63,342 bases of DNA, filler included, from Octopus bimaculoides (GCF_001194135.2; 6 parts of 6 records of this genome joined end to end with filler, not necessarily neighbours in it), one strand, 5' to 3'. Shown: positions 1 through 14,019, counted from the first letter of the whole stretch. Program-made: numbers and translations. Notes: generated by a model from the letters alone, not told the origin.

Positions 1-639
1 ATTTTAAATCGTTCATCTTTCTCCCCCCTCTCACTCTCACACATACGCACATATACTACTTTGGGAGCGAAAGAGTTTTGTTTATATTTCACAACTATGA
101 AACAAAAACGTATGTAACAATTTGTCAGTCACCCCCGCTCCACCCGTTTTTCGGACCACAAAAAGGGTTTGGTAATTTTTCAGATTAACACCCGCACGAT
201 TTCCACTAGGGTGTTACGGTTAGGATTAGGATTAGGGTTACGGTTACGGTTTTAGGGTCAGAGTTAGGGTTAGGGTTTAGGGTTAGGGTTGGAGTTAACC
301 TAGAAGGGACAGGCCCCTTATTTTTTGGTTAAGGTTGTTGGTAAGCTTGCCTAAGTTACTTCAATCCAGATCCCCAATCCAAACCTTCAGATCAACCTTC
401 TCCTATACAGATCTCTAATGCAACATTTAAAAAAAGAGTCAATGAGTGAAAATAACCAATAAACTGATTCCTTATGGGATTTCCCAATCAAATTGCCAGC
501 AAACCATTTTCAGCCAAACCAATTTCAACGGATTTCACTCAAATCTGATATCGATGTTACTTATTTTGGTTTGAAATAAAGCACTTAATCATTTAATAAT
601 CCTAGCTCAATCCCGAGCAGCGCCGGGCTATACTGCTAG
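1..639 (+). mobile_element. Helitron-like non-autonomous element, 3' end
   Basis: GC-rich hairpin CCCGAGCAGCGCCGGG (612-627), then CTAG (636-639) followed by T: the canonical Helitron 3' terminus. 5' end not identified; start is nominal. Confidence 0.5.
207..296 (+). repeat. Degenerate telomere-like (TTAGGG)n tract
   Basis: Run of TTAGGG/TTAGGA/TTACGG units, e.g. gttagggttagggtttagggttagggtt. Confidence 0.75.
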
Positions 640-1724
640 TGTACACTAAATTTCACCCGTCATCCATATCTGCTCTTTCTCCGTAGATTCTTACCTTTCT
701 TCTTATTATATCGTATGAAGTGTATTACGTATGTAATATTTCTGTTTATTGGTGGTTTACTTACAAAAATTCTGAAATTATTCAGTAAACATTTCCCGAG
801 ATACTGACTTAAAATAATACTGATAGATTACCTTTTATTTATTTTTCTTTTCTTTTCAGGGACGGATATGCATTTGTGTATGTATGCGTTTGTGAATATA
901 GTGTGCATGCATGCATGTAAGTTTCTGTTTGCTACTTTCATCTTATTCTGGTCACATGTAAAAGTTCCCTAAGCAAAATTCGTTTGCTTATAGGCATAGC
1001 TTCAAGAATAATTACATTGTGGAATTTGTTTAACCAAATGTGGGGCCCATGTGAATCTATCATTTTGTTCTGTCGATCTAACTCATTAATGCACTTTCTA
1101 TTGCATTCCCATCTTTCTTAATAAATATTTCGAAGTTTGTGTTCGTTAACTTGTTCGCCCTAATCAAATCTACTTGTTGACTAGAAACCAGAAAACTGCA
1201 TGCATTTAATATAATTCTGCATTTCTTTTTGTTTTTTACATTTTGCAAGGTGTACATACATATGACATATTTCGTACAATCCTTATGAGCTCTTTTACAA
1301 TAATATTCATATATGCATTTAATCATTACACTTGAATATTTTATATATGAAATAATTTGTAGCAATGAGCGTTATAAAATACAGATGAAGTATATAACGT
1401 GTAAATATCCTTTTTCTGTACGATTTCTAGCCATGCTCAGTATCTCTCATTGAGATATATAGTTGGGTATTCTCTGGGTGTGATCGCACTAGTATATGCA
1501 AGTTATACGTTTTCTGAATGGTAAGGTTAATACTATAGGGAAATTTCGAAAACCAGGTACAAATGGTGGTCTGGGCAGAAGTTTTGTAGTATGGCTAGCA
1601 GCTGATGGATTACGATCGGGCCCACCCTGTTGCACAATGGAGCACCTGACGGGTGCGGCATCTTCACCATTGTTTCTAGTCCCGTTCACACTGTTATCCT
1701 CATTTATTTAGCTTGGAGTGTTCC

Positions 1725-3240
1725 TTGTTCTTGTTCACCTCTGTTATTTGTTATAGCCTTGATCCCACTTGCTGTAGTCCTACATAAAATCAGCATGCAC
1801 TTTGAGCAGAGAAAGAACGGACCTCGTTTCAACTACCTTCTTTTTATGGATGATTTAAAACTGTTCGCAAAAATGGAGCCTGCAATGGAGAGGCTGGCTG
1901 AGACTGTGCAAATGTGTAGCAAGGATATAGTAATGGAATTCAGTATCATCAATCTTTTCCCTTTTCTTGCCTTTCTTCTTCCTCTTTCACTGTTTTCTGT
2001 TTCTTTATGATTCACCTCATATTGCACCCTCCATCATCTTTTTCTCAACTTTGAAGCGTGGCGGGGAGTAAATTGTAGGGGTACAGAATTGCCAAACAGA
2101 GAGAGAATGGAAGACCCGGATGATGATGGGTATAAGTACCTTGGGATCCTGGAGCTGGACAATATCTTGCACAGAGAAATTAAAAACAGGGTCATCACTG
2201 CATATTTCAAGCGCCTTAAACTTCTCTTGATATGAAAGATAACTCAAGGAAACTTGTGACTGCCATCAACTTATGGACTGTTGCTGTAGTCCGCTATAGT
2301 GCACCCATCCTGAGATGGACACAAGCGGAGATTGACCAACTCCATCGCACTACTCGAAAGACAATGACAGTGCATTGTGCCATCCAACTTAAGGCAATGT
2401 ACACAGGCTCTACATGAAGAAGTGTAAAGGTGGACGTGGTTTGATTAGCGTACGAGAGTGCATCAGCAGTGAAAGAAGAAACATGGAAGAATATTTGGTA
2501 AACAGCAAAGAAGATCTGCTACAGTATGCTGGTAGTGCAGAAGGAGTTAACAAAAATGCATTTGAGTGCCCATGAATTCCGAACAAGAACAGTCAACGAG
2601 AGAGAAGAAACCCTACTCCGCATGGAATTACATGGTCAGTTCCAACAAATTAAAAGACCAGGAAGCATCATGGAGATGGCTCAACAAGGGTGACCTAAAA
2701 AAGAATACTAAAAGCTCAATCATCGCGACCCAAGACCAGGCTTTGAATACCAACTCAGAGAAAAAGTAATATATACCACACAAGTGTATCGAACCTTTGC
2801 AGAATGTGAGGGAAGAGGGTCGAAAGTGTGACTCATATTGTTAGCGCTTGTGAAAGTCTTGCGCAGAAAGAGTTCAAGCGTTAAAACGGCAAAGTAGCCC
2901 AAAACCTCCATTGGCTACAATGACTTAAGTATGGATATGAGGTTGCGTGTGCTTGGTACCAACATAAACCAGAAAAGATAATGTACGAAAAGGGGGAAGC
3001 AAAACTCCTCCCTGCCTTTGATTTCCAGACAGACAAAGTGTTACAGCACCGAAGGCCGAATATAATAACTTTTATGAGGGAAAAACAAGAGTGCCCAATA
3101 ATGGACGTAGCAGTGCTAGGGGATCAACATATTATCACGAACAAAAGAGAAAATGTTCTCAGAAAGATCAGGGACCAGAAGTGGCTGGAGAATAACTCTA
3201 CTCGGAACTACATCTTGTCAAGATAGGACCCATATAATAT
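1725..3240 (+). mobile_element. Decayed R4/Dong-type non-LTR retrotransposon (RT, CCHC knuckle, restriction-like endonuclease)
   Basis: Frameshifted peptides SPLLFVIALIPL, YLLFMDDLKLF, GYKYLGILE, AINLWTVAVVRYS, IIATQDQAL, CRM*...VTHIVSACESLAQKEFKR and FDFQTDKVLQHRRPNII...DVAV. About 90-bp pyrimidine-rich insert near 1950-2045. Confidence 0.8.
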
Positions 3241-4370
3241 CAGTCACCAAAATACTTCAGGAAACTAAACAAACTGTGTCCTAATGAACGAGTAGCTCGA
3301 AACAAATTTTAACTTTCCATTATATACAGTATTCAGTTTGCGTATCAGTATATCTGTGCCTACATGTATGTATTCATTTGTGTGTGTGTGTCAATGGGAG
3401 TTTTGAGCATGTGCGTGAATGTGCCTGTCTGGTTCATGTGGAGTGTGTGAGTGTACGTCTATTTGGGTGTAATTCACTTCTGATATTGTTCGCATCATTT
3501 ACCGCTTTATACCGATTTTCTCTCTTTTTTTTAATCCGTTTTACTCCGTTCTACACTGTATTGTTCCTCTATTGAACTACTTAAAAACTCCAAAATTACG
3601 CCATTAAATCAGTTTTCATTATATAAAAAAAAAAATTTTTCATTGTATTATTTTGGTGTTTGTACAGTATTGTAAAAAGCCGTAAAACAGTAGCTGAGGT
3701 TTGTTCTCGGTTCTTTCACGTTTAATATATTTTATTATATTCATACTGGGGTATAGTATTTACTTTCAAAGAATGAATAACAAATCGTTTATTAAATTAT
3801 TCATTATATTTCCTTTGTATGTGTCTCATATTTTTCTGGCTTCTTTTCTCTTTTCTCTTCCGCTGTCTCTGTAAATCATTTTCTCTTTCTTTCACTGTAT
3901 CATACGGGTGTATATATGTATGTACGTATGTAAACACGCAACCCTCGCTCGCACGCACGCAAACATACACACACATACACACACGCACACATAACTATTA
4001 TTGGGATATTTCTCTGACTTAACTCATCAGTAAAGTCATGGAGCCCATTTTCAGAAGAAATCCGATTACACTCCTAGAAGAAAATTACTTGCACGCTGAC
4101 AAGCATCTTGTCCAGGAGCGATTTACCACCTGTAGCATTAAGATAGTGTATTAAAACATCAGCTCACTCTTGTGGCGATATATTGCAAATTTCTTCATAC
4201 AATAGTTGTGGCTCTCTCAGATGTAATATCATATAGTCATATAGTCTACTATTCTCCGTCTTCGAGTCGCTTGGTTCTGAGGTTGTCTTCTTCAAACAGA
4301 GCCACACACGCACATATAGATAAACGTACAGACATACAAATAGAAACACACATATGCGGGGTTCCTATAT

Positions 4371-4442
<72 letters not shown>

Positions 4443-5326
4443 NNNNNNNNNNNNNNNNNNNNNNNNNNNNNNNNNNNNNNNNNNNNNNNNNNNNNNNNNN
4501 NNNNNNNNNNNNNNNNNNNNNNNNNNNNNNNNNNNNNNNNNNNNNNNNNNNNNNNNNNNNNNNNNNNNNNNNNNNNNNNNNNNNNNNNNNNNNNNNNNNN
4601 NNNNNNNNNNNNNNNNNNNNNNNNNNNNNNNNNNNNNNNNNNNNNNNNNNNNNNNNNNNNNNNNNNNNNNNNNNNNNNNNNNNNNNNNNNNNNNNNNNNN
4701 NNNNNNNNNNNNNNNNNNNNNNNNNNNNNNNNNNNNNNNNNNNNNNNNNNNNNNNNNNNNNNNNNNNNNNNNNNNNNNNNNNNNNNNNNNNNNNNNNNNN
4801 NNNNNNNNNNNNNNNNNNNNNNNNNNNNNNNNNNNNNNNNNNNNNNNNNNNNNNNNNNNNNNNNNNNNNNNNNNNNNNNNNNNNNNNNNNNNNNNNNNNN
4901 NNNNNNNNNNNNNNNNNNNNNNNNNNNNNNNNNNNNNNNNNNNNNNNNNNNNNNNNNNNNNNNNNNNNNNNNNNNNNNNNNNNNNNNNNNNNNNNNNNNN
5001 NNNNNNNNNNNNNNNNNNNNNNNNNNNNNNNNNNNNNNNNNNNNNNNNNNNNNNNNNNNNNNNNNNNNNNNNNNNNNNNNNNNNNNNNNNNNNNNNNNNN
5101 NNNNNNNNNNNNNNNNNNNNNNNNNNNNNNNNNNNNNNNNNNNNNNNNNNNNNNNNNNNNNNNNNNNNNNNNNNNNNNNNNNNNNNNNNNNNNNNNNNNN
5201 NNNNNNNNNNNNNNNNNNNNNNNNNNNNNNNNNNNNNNNNNNNNNNNNNNNNNNNNNNNNNNACGGACACCGCCCCTATGAATGCGTTACACAGATACTC
5301 CCTTGATAGAACTTGGTGATACAAGA

Positions 5327-5500
5327 AGGCGGCGAACTGGCAGAAACGTTAGGCCGCCGGGTGAAATGCTTAGCGGTATTTTGTCTGCCGTTACGTTCTG
5401 CGTTCAATTTCCGCCGAGGTCGACTTTGCCTTTTGTCCTTTCGGGGTCGATAAATTAAGTACCAGTTACGCACTGGGAGTCGATCTAATCGACTTAATCC
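5327..5500 (+). mobile_element. SINE family A (tRNA-like head, Meta-domain-like core)
   Basis: aaggcggcgaactggcagaa...gtcgactttgcc...tcggggtcgataaattaagtaccagt; more than ten further copies in the window. Confidence 0.75.
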
Positions 5501-5839
5501 TTTTGTCTGTCCTTGTTTCTCCCCTCTATGTTTAGCCCCTTGTGAGCAATAACGAAATAAGAATTGGATGATACTGACCTTGATCTTGTAGAATTCCTTC
5601 ACTAAACATCAATGTAAGAAGCACGTTTATCTCAGTTGTGGTCTTCCGCTGACCCTTTTACAATCCACCATGTTGCAGTCCCATGACTTCACTGTATTCT
5701 TAGCAGGGTTGCAGAACGGGTGCTATGCCTTGTCAAGTGGAAGACCGTAAATATGCAGGGTACAGTCGTCACAATTTGTGAGGTATGTTCGGAATAACCG
5801 CATACTTTTTAGTTATATTCTAGTTATACTTTGCAAGTG

Positions 5840-5960
5840 ATGCCGCGTGGCTTAATTGCTAAGGTAATTAGTTCACGATCGTGAATGTAATTATCGGCGT
5901 CGCGTTGTGTCCTTGAGTAAGACAATTTATTCCACGTTGCTCCAGTTATTCAGCTGGCAA
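5840..5960 (+). mobile_element. Truncated tRNA-derived SINE (same family as 45525-45800)
   Basis: Shares cacgatcgtga...ttgtgtccttgag...cacgttgctccagt...cagctg with the 45.5 kb copy. Confidence 0.55.
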
Positions 5961-6599
5961 AAGGAAAACATGCGCAAAAGAAAAAAAATTGCAATGAAAA
6001 AATTTAGAAAAATAAAATTGAGCTGCCCCCATTCGATCCCTTTGAATCATAATTAATATGGTTGGTGTAAATTAATTCAACGAGGAGAAAGTTGGCGTGG
6101 ATCGTTCCACGATGGTCCACTGGATTGTGTGAGCTGTGTAGTTGGCCTTCCATTTCGAGATATGGCTGGTTAAATTCGTGGTTTTCTTCTTATCCACGTG
6201 CCGATACTAGCGTATCATTTTATTTTAAAAATCACATTTGAACATACCCTTGAGTTCTTTATTTTGGAAACAGAGCGGTGATTTCAGATTCATATTCCAC
6301 TGAACTAGTCATGCTTGCCTGGTCAAATGTGTAAATTTCTAGGTCCTGACACACTACAACTTGAAGTGGAGGTCAGGTGTGACCTGCAAGTGATAATAAT
6401 AATTTTCATGTTGGGGCAGCATCTATATGAAAATTTCACTAAACCTTTTCTTAAAATTTTTCTGTATGTATGGTCATCTGAGAAATGCTTATCTATTAAG
6501 CCAAGGAGATTGTTTTTATCTATAGTATTCTAAACGCTGAAAGAGAAATTACTTGGGTTGGGGCGATCCCTATAATCTCCCTGGGTCTATACTTTAGGT

Positions 6600-7740
6600 T
6601 TCGTATTTCTAATTATAAGTTTGAATTTTCATTATCTTTGAAACCAATGTTAGACAGAATATTATTCAGGAGGACTAATTATATATCGTAGTGGTGATAT
6701 TTGTTATACTATCTTTGAATACTCTAATGAGGTGATAGGATTGTTTATGTAGATACGAGAGTTTTTCCTTCGATTTCTGATAAATATCATAAGAGCACAA
6801 ATTTAGTTCTAAAAGAGAATCTAAGAAATCGAATTTAGCTCGGTTACTGGTAACAGTGATTTCTCCTCAATTTATCAAATGTACGTCCATCAGAGCTATG
6901 TGATATATTTAAAACATCACCACGTTATAGACCAATGTCATGGTGGAGTCGAATGCAGTAGAGTGGAAAGCTATTTTTTTCAGTAGACCTGAATACAAAA
7001 AAAAAAACGTACTGTATCACAAATATTAGCAATGTTATGCGATTCCATCTACATATCAAACAATTATTTATTTCACACCTTTTTTTTTTACCAGCGCTCC
7101 CCTCGTGTTGATGAGAAGAGTTTTCCGCGTATTTATGATAAAGTCAAAGTCTCTATGATCAATATCGATATAGTTTTTTATCAAACTCTGTTGCCTTCTC
7201 TTGTAATGATCTCTACACCGAGAGATAAAAATCACCAATATCAAAGAGTGTAAATCTAACTCTATACTTATATTTCATATTCCTAAACCAATTTTCAACA
7301 GTGATGCTTACCCATTGCAGTAGATTAGCAATCTCACTAATGATCTTTTTAATATTGTTGTTTTTTTTTCTTTTCTCTTTTGTTACTATACTTGTTTCAA
7401 TTAGATTTAAAATTCTACAGGTGGGCTTAATACCAAAATTAGGTTTTTGATCTTTTAAAGTTATGAAAGCTTTCCTTTTAACTAAGCATTCTCACATATC
7501 AGTTTTATTTCATTTCGCAAGGAATTTGGCCTCGTCGTTATTATCATTATATCTATCCATGTCAGCTCGTTTTTTATATTTAGTGGAAATATTATCAAGT
7601 ACATCGTTATTGATTTCGTTAAGGACCGACTTCCTATCAGAGAATATGAACTTTGTATTAGTTTTTGAGGTTTCTAGTATCAGATTTTAGTTTAATTCAG
7701 GATGAGTTATAGTACCTATGGAATCTTCGAGAACTGACAC
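6600..7740 (-). mobile_element. Decayed Penelope-like element, reverse transcriptase region
   Basis: Minus-strand peptides AFITLKDQKPNFGIKPTCRILN, QWVSITVENWFRNMK, FTLFDIGDFYLSV, FIINTRKTLLIN, DIGL*RGD, FDFLDSLLEL, LSYLHKQSYH match PLE RT motifs in the right order. Confidence 0.75.
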
Positions 7741-10700
7741 AAAAATTGGGAAAATCTTATACTTTGGGTGGGTATTTACTTGCTTTTTCATATATANNNN
7801 NNNNNNNNNNNNNNNNNNNNNNNNNNNNNNNNNNNNNNNNNNNNNNNNNNNNNNNNNNNNNNNNNNNNNNNNNNNNNNNNNNNNNNNNNNNNNNNNNNNN
7901 NNNNNNNNNNNNNNNNNNNNNNNNNNNNNNNNNNNNNNNNNNNNNNNNNNNNNNNNNNNNNNNNNNNNNNNNNNNNNNNNNNNNNNNNNNNNNNNNNNNN
8001 NNNNNNNNNNNNNNNNNNNNNNNNNNNNNNNNNNNNNNNNNNNNNNNNNNNNNNNNNNNNNNNNNNNNNNNNNNNNNNNNNNNNNNNNNNNNNNNNNNNN
8101 NNNNNNNNNNNNNNNNNNNNNNNNNNNNNNNNNNNNNNNNNNNNNNNNNNNNNNNNNNNNNNNNNNNNNNNNNNNNNNNNNNNNNNNNNNNNNNNNNNNN
8201 NNNNNNNNNNNNNNNNNNNNNNNNNNNNNNNNNNNNNNNNNNNNNNNNNNNNNNNNNNNNNNNNNNNNNNNNNNNNNNNNNNNNNNNNNNNNNNNNNNNN
8301 NNNNNNNNNNNNNNNNNNNNNNNNNNNNNNNNNNNNNNNNNNNNNNNNNNNNNNNNNNNNNNNNNNNNNNNNNNNNNNNNNNNNNNNNNNNNNNNNNNNN
8401 NNNNNNNNNNNNNNNNNNNNNNNNNNNNNNNNNNNNNNNNNNNNNNNNNNNNNNNNNNNNNNNNNNNNNNNNNNNNNNNNNNNNNNNNNNNNNNNNNATA
8501 TATATATATATATATATATACATGCATACACATGTATACGTGTGCGTTTGCGTGCGTGTGCGTGTGTGTTTGCGTGCGTTGCGTGTGTCTGTGTGTGTGA
8601 ATGTGTTCGTATGTGTGTGTGTGAGTGTATGATTTTGTATGTGTGAGTCTGTGTGAAAATCTTTGAATAAAATCTATGCTGACCAGAAATGCATCCAAAG
8701 CGAAATTTCTACAAACGAATGATAACTGCAAAGCAAAGAGTTATATTTTACATATAAAGAAGACTCTATATATATTATTTTCGTTTCCATTTCTCAGCAA
8801 TTTATTACTAAACATATATAATTTTAGTTCTCTATTATTAATCTTATACCAAAGAAATAGCATTGCTACACAAAAGTTACATTTAACCTGAAATATCAAG
8901 GACGTAAAGCTACTTGTATTTCCCTGTCAAAATAAACAAATAAACAAAACAAAAATCTACAAATGTAACATTTTTTATCTTTCTATCGTTTCCTGTATGA
9001 ATGGTGAGAATCTAACTTTTCAGCTCTTTTATTCATGGCATAAATTTGAATTAAACAAGAAATATATATATATTAATGCATACATACATATGTGTGTGTG
9101 TGTATGTGTATATTTGTGTTTCCTAGACAACTATTTATGTCTCAGCTTTTCAATTATTAGGCCTTTGGGAGGAGTGCACAATTTTCACAGAACAAAAGTG
9201 GATAACTTACTTTCTTTTTCTGATTTCCTTTAAGATAGAGTAATTTGCATATGCTATTCTTTGACTTTGCACTTTACGCTGGTGCTTCTAGGTATTTAAT
9301 ATCTATTTTCTCTTGTATCTCATAGGGGAAGGTAATACTAGCTATATGACTTTGACACTTAGTAATTTAATTTCAATATGGTTTACCGCTCACTTTCTAT
9401 CAGCAACATTAAGATTGATTTCTGCTTTTTTAACCACACAAAACGGTCACAAATTTTATATTAATGAAAGAATTAAGATCGTGTGAATTTCACATTACTT
9501 TTAAAAGTAATAATGAACTTATGAAGTAAGTGTAGACACATATAAATGTAATACCAAAAATATAAAATGCAATAAACACGTTTGGCAGTAAGAATCTCTA
9601 TGCTGATAATTTCATACCCGATATTCTGAAGTTTTCTGCGTACCCTAGATTCAATATCAATAATTATATGCTTATATGTGTATATTATATATGTGTGTGT
9701 GTGGTTGTATATATGTATATGTGTATATGCGTGTGTGTGTGTTTGTATGTATGTATGCATGTATGTATGCATACATACACACGTACAGAAATGTTGTTGG
9801 GTAGCAATTCGAGGAAGTAGTACACAATACAAAGTATAAACCAGTATTTGTTTCACTTGAGCAGAATGAGTGCCTTGTTACTTTGTTAGCTTGAAAAACC
9901 TGTGGAGTTTGCCGAGTGATAGGCAGCTGGACTGACGTAAATAAATTGTGTCCTCCACATGTCCCTCCAGTAATCTGTATTCCAGCATTCTTTGATCCTT
10001 TTGCCTCTATTCTTATATAGGACAAAGTGGTTGATGCGTGGCTGAGAGTTTTTCTGAAGACTTATGGGACATAAATCTCTGCAAAGTTAACCCGTTTCGC
10101 ACCATTTCTGCTCGGTTAGCCATTCCTTTCAACATACGTCTGTGTTCGGACTGGCCTTGCACAAATCCCCATCGCTGTGACACCCCTCTCTTTCAGATAT
10201 CTCTTTCAGGAGGCATTGCGTCTGGCAAACTGACAATCTAGTTCTCAATATATAGAATTTTATATTTTCGTTCATTGACTAGTGAGATGATCCATTGAGA
10301 ATTTTGGAGGATTGATGTTGCTTAGATAGCCGTTGCTTGCGTCATTTGATGTACCGTGAATTTTCCTCGTTGCATATTAATAGAAGCACTATGGTTATGT
10401 CGTGCACTGGGTTAACAATAGGGACTTATAATTCATAGCGAGTATGCTTCTCTGTATTTTTCGTTAAATTTTGCATAGATTAAAAACAGTTTACTTACGT
10501 TCGACATGGATAGATAATGGAGATTGTGATTATTGTTCCACGTTTGCATAATGATCCCTCTGGATGTCTTTCTTTTTCTGACTTGTGTGACGGAAACAAG
10601 CCAGCATAACAGTAGCAACTGGTGCTTTTAGTGTACTAGTTGTTCTTTGTGATCTTAGGACATTGGGTAAGTTTGGCAAAGTAAACTTTCTTGAAGAGTG

Positions 10701-10929
10701 TCATTTGTATTAACACTATGGTATTGATCTTGGTTACTGGTGTATTGGTTATTGAGCGTGTTTAGTTCCTAGAAGGTGGTTGAACGGAGAATCACGTTGA
10801 AAAATATTCTATGCGTAAGGAATACGGCAAAGTTTGGATTTTGTTTTCTTTGTATGAGTGGTGTGTGATTCAGCTGTGTGCTTAGGGATGTTCCAGAGGT
10901 AATTGATCTGGGTATTGCTGTCGTGAGAG

Positions 10930-11215
10930 TTTCGGAGTATGTTTTGCGGGTGTTGTGAGTGTTTATTGAGCGAAAACACCTAAAGCTCTACGAGGCTCCG
11001 GCAGGGGATGGTGGCGAACCCTGCTGTACTCTTTCACCACAACGTTCTCTTACTCTTACTTCCTGTTTCTGTTGTGCCTGTAATTCAAAGGGTCAGCCTT
11101 GTCACACTGTGTCACGCTGAATATCCCCGAGAACTACGTTAAGGGTACACGTGTCTGTGGAGTGCTCAGCCACTTGCACGTTAATTTCACGAGCGACGGA
11201 GTGCCAACAACTATG
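10930..11215 (+). mobile_element. SINE family C, 5'-truncated, internal 47-bp deletion
   Basis: Near-identical to about 35960-36270. Confidence 0.8.
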
Positions 11216-11365
11216 CGGTGGGATGACGTCATTCTTCCTGCACAAGCTGGATTTAGGAGGGTCACGGTGTTGACCTGCATATGTTTGTATTGAAATGATG
11301 CAAAAGTGGGCAAGTGACTTCATGCTGGTAGTGGATAGTACTTCTCGCGTCAGTACGAGCAGTAG

Positions 11366-11472
11366 ATGATGATCATGTTTGTGATGATGACGACGACAAC
11401 GACGATGATGATGGTGATGGTGATGATGATGGTCATGGTGGTGGTGGTAATGATGATGATGATGATGATGAC

Positions 11473-11511
<39 letters not shown>

Positions 11512-11540
11512 AGTGAGAGTCACGATGACGGTGGTGATGA
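11366..11540 (+). repeat. (ATG/GAT)n trinucleotide microsatellite
   Basis: Direct reading; explains the poly-Met ORF. Confidence 0.9.
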
Positions 11541-11950
11541 AGGTTTTTGCTTATACAGTTTTGGCTTCAACGGGGGTGGGGGTACGTTAAGTGAAGAGTG
11601 GCGAAAATGCGTAGAACCAGAATGCAAGAATAGGCGGCCACAAGTGTTCACAAAGGCCGTTGTTTCTGTTGTTGTTTTGTAAGTGCTTTTGATACGATTG
11701 AATATATTTATTTGCAGAATGTTCTCAAAGCCGCAAAGAAAAGGAATAATTAATTAGTTTTCAGCTTATTATTAACTTTTAACATCGGTATACAATGGTC
11801 AATGTTGATTGGTAATGCGTGGAACAGTGAGCTTAATATTTTAATCACATATCATTATATTAGAATACCATCCTTCCTTCGTAAGTTCGTCTGACTCAAA
11901 GCTTATGAAACACTATGAATATAATCATTTATGTTTTTTTTATACTAGTA

Positions 11951-11983
<33 letters not shown>

Positions 11984-11984
11984 T

Positions 11985-12240
11985 CATCATCATCATCGTT
12001 GTTTAACGTCCACTTTCCATGCTAGCATGGGTTGGACGATTTGACTGAGGACTGGTGGAACCAGATGGCTATACCAGGCTCCAATCTGATTTGGCAGAGT
12101 TTCTACAGGTGGATGCCCTTCCTAACGCCAACCACTCTGAGAGTGTATTGGGTGCTTTTACGTGCCACCCGCACGAGGCCAGTCAGGCGGTACTGGCAAC
12201 GGTCACGCTCAAATGGTGTATTTTATGTGCCACCCGCAAC
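11985..12240 (-). mobile_element. RTE-tail-bearing short retroelement
   Basis: Reverse complement of 16546-16773; ends ...gcatggaaagtggacgttaaac then (GAT)n. Related copies near 18280, 19320, 20565, 22920, 28440, 40840, 41395, 41630. Confidence 0.7.
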
Positions 12241-13075
12241 NNNNNNNNNNNNNNNNNNNNNNNNNNNNNNNNNNNNNNNNNNNNNNNNNNNNNNNNNNNN
12301 NNNNNNNNNNNNNNNNNNNNNNNNNNNNNNNNNNNNNNNNNNNNNNNNNNNNNNNNNNNNNNNNNNNNNNNNNNNNNNNNNNNNNNNNNNNNNNNNNNNN
12401 NNNNNNNNNNNNNNNNNNNNNNNNNNNNNNNNNNNNNNNNNNNNNNNNNNNNNNNNNNNNNNNNNNNNNNNNNNNNNNNNNNNNNNNNNNNNNNNNNNNN
12501 NNNNNNNNNNNNNNNNNNNNNNNNNNNNNNNNNNNNNNNNNNNNNNNNNNNNNNNNNNNNNNNNNNNNNNNNNNNNNNNNNNNNNNNNNNNNNNNNNNNN
12601 NNNNTTAGATGGATTTTACAAATTTAGTAGCAATAGAAAACGTTGAAGTGTTTTAAGTCTTCATAATACAATCATTCTGACATGTTCATGACAAATTTCT
12701 TTACAAGCTAAAGTTAAATAAAGCATACATCAGAAAACAAATTAAATCCCATAGACGAATATCACTTTATTTCCAATAAAAAGAAATGATTCTAGGATGT
12801 GAAAGCTTGACGGAGAAAAATTTCTAGTTTACTTCGTTGTTTCATTTTCACTTGCAACAAAGTTGAAAAGATACGGTGGCACAAAGATACGCTGGTACAA
12901 ACACAGGCAATGCAAGTATAGCTCTGAGGGCTACAGATGTGTACGAACCGGTAAGTTATCTGATCATAGAAACACCAACACCAGTTGTCAAACGGTAGTG
13001 TTAGACAAACTGAAAGTCATATATGAGTGTGTGTGTGTGTATGTATATACATATATGTGTGCGTGTGTATGTATT

Positions 13076-13107
<32 letters not shown>

Positions 13108-14019
13108 CGTACGTACCTACGTATGCATATGTGTATATANNNNNNNNNNNNNNNNNNNNNNNNNNNNNNNNNNNNNNNNNNNNNNNNNNNNNNNNNNNNN
13201 NNNNNNNNNNNNNNNNNNNNNNNNNNNNNNNNNNNNNNNNNNNNNNNNNNNNNNNNNNNNNNNNNNNNNNNNNNNNNNNNNNNNNNNNNNNNNNNNNNNN
13301 NNNNNNNNNNNNNNNNNNNNNNNNNNNNNNNNNNNNNNNNNNNNNNNNNNNNNNNNNNNNNNNNNNNNNNNNNNNNNNNNNNNNNNNNNNNNNNNNNNNN
13401 NNNNNNNNNNNNNNNNNNNNNNNNNNNNNNNNNNNNNNNNNNNNNNNNNNNNNNNNNNNNNNNNNNNNNNNNNNNNNNNNNNNNNNNNNNNNNNNNNNNN
13501 NNNNNNNNNNNNNNNNNNNNNNNNNNNNNNNNNNNNNNNNNNNNNNNNNNNNNNNNNNNNNNNNNNNNNNNNNNNNNNNNNNNNNNNNNNNNNNNNNNNN
13601 NNNNNNNNNNNNNNNNNNNNNNNNNNNNNNNNNNNNNNNNNNNNNNNNNNNNNNNNNNNNNNNNNNNNNNNNNNNNNNNNNNNNNNNNNNNNNNNNNNNN
13701 NNNNNNNNNNNNNNNNNNNNNNNNNNNNNNNNNNNNNNNNNNNNNNNNNNNNNNNNNNNNNNNNNNNNNNNNNNNNNNNNNNNNNNNNNNNNNNNNNNNN
13801 NNNNNNNNNNNNNNNNNNNNNNNNNNNNNNNNNNNNNNNNNNNNNNNNNNNNNNNNNNNNNNNNNNNNNNNNNNNNNNNNNNNNNNNNNNNNNNNNNNNN
13901 NNNNNNNNNNNNNNNNNNNNNNNNNNNNNNNNNNNNNNNNNNNNNNNNNNNNNNNNNNNNNNNNNNNNNNNNNNNNNNNNNNNNNNNNNNNNNNNNNNNN
14001 NNNNNNNNNNNNNNNNNNN

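Noticed and set aside
860-916. Mini-exons suggested by splice-like signals (also 12863-12950)
   Set aside because: Low-complexity or unrecognisable peptides, no linked exons.
9850-10930. Possible decayed LINE 5' ORF on minus (similar doubt for 950-1400 and 26270-26490)
   Set aside because: No motif I could identify with confidence.
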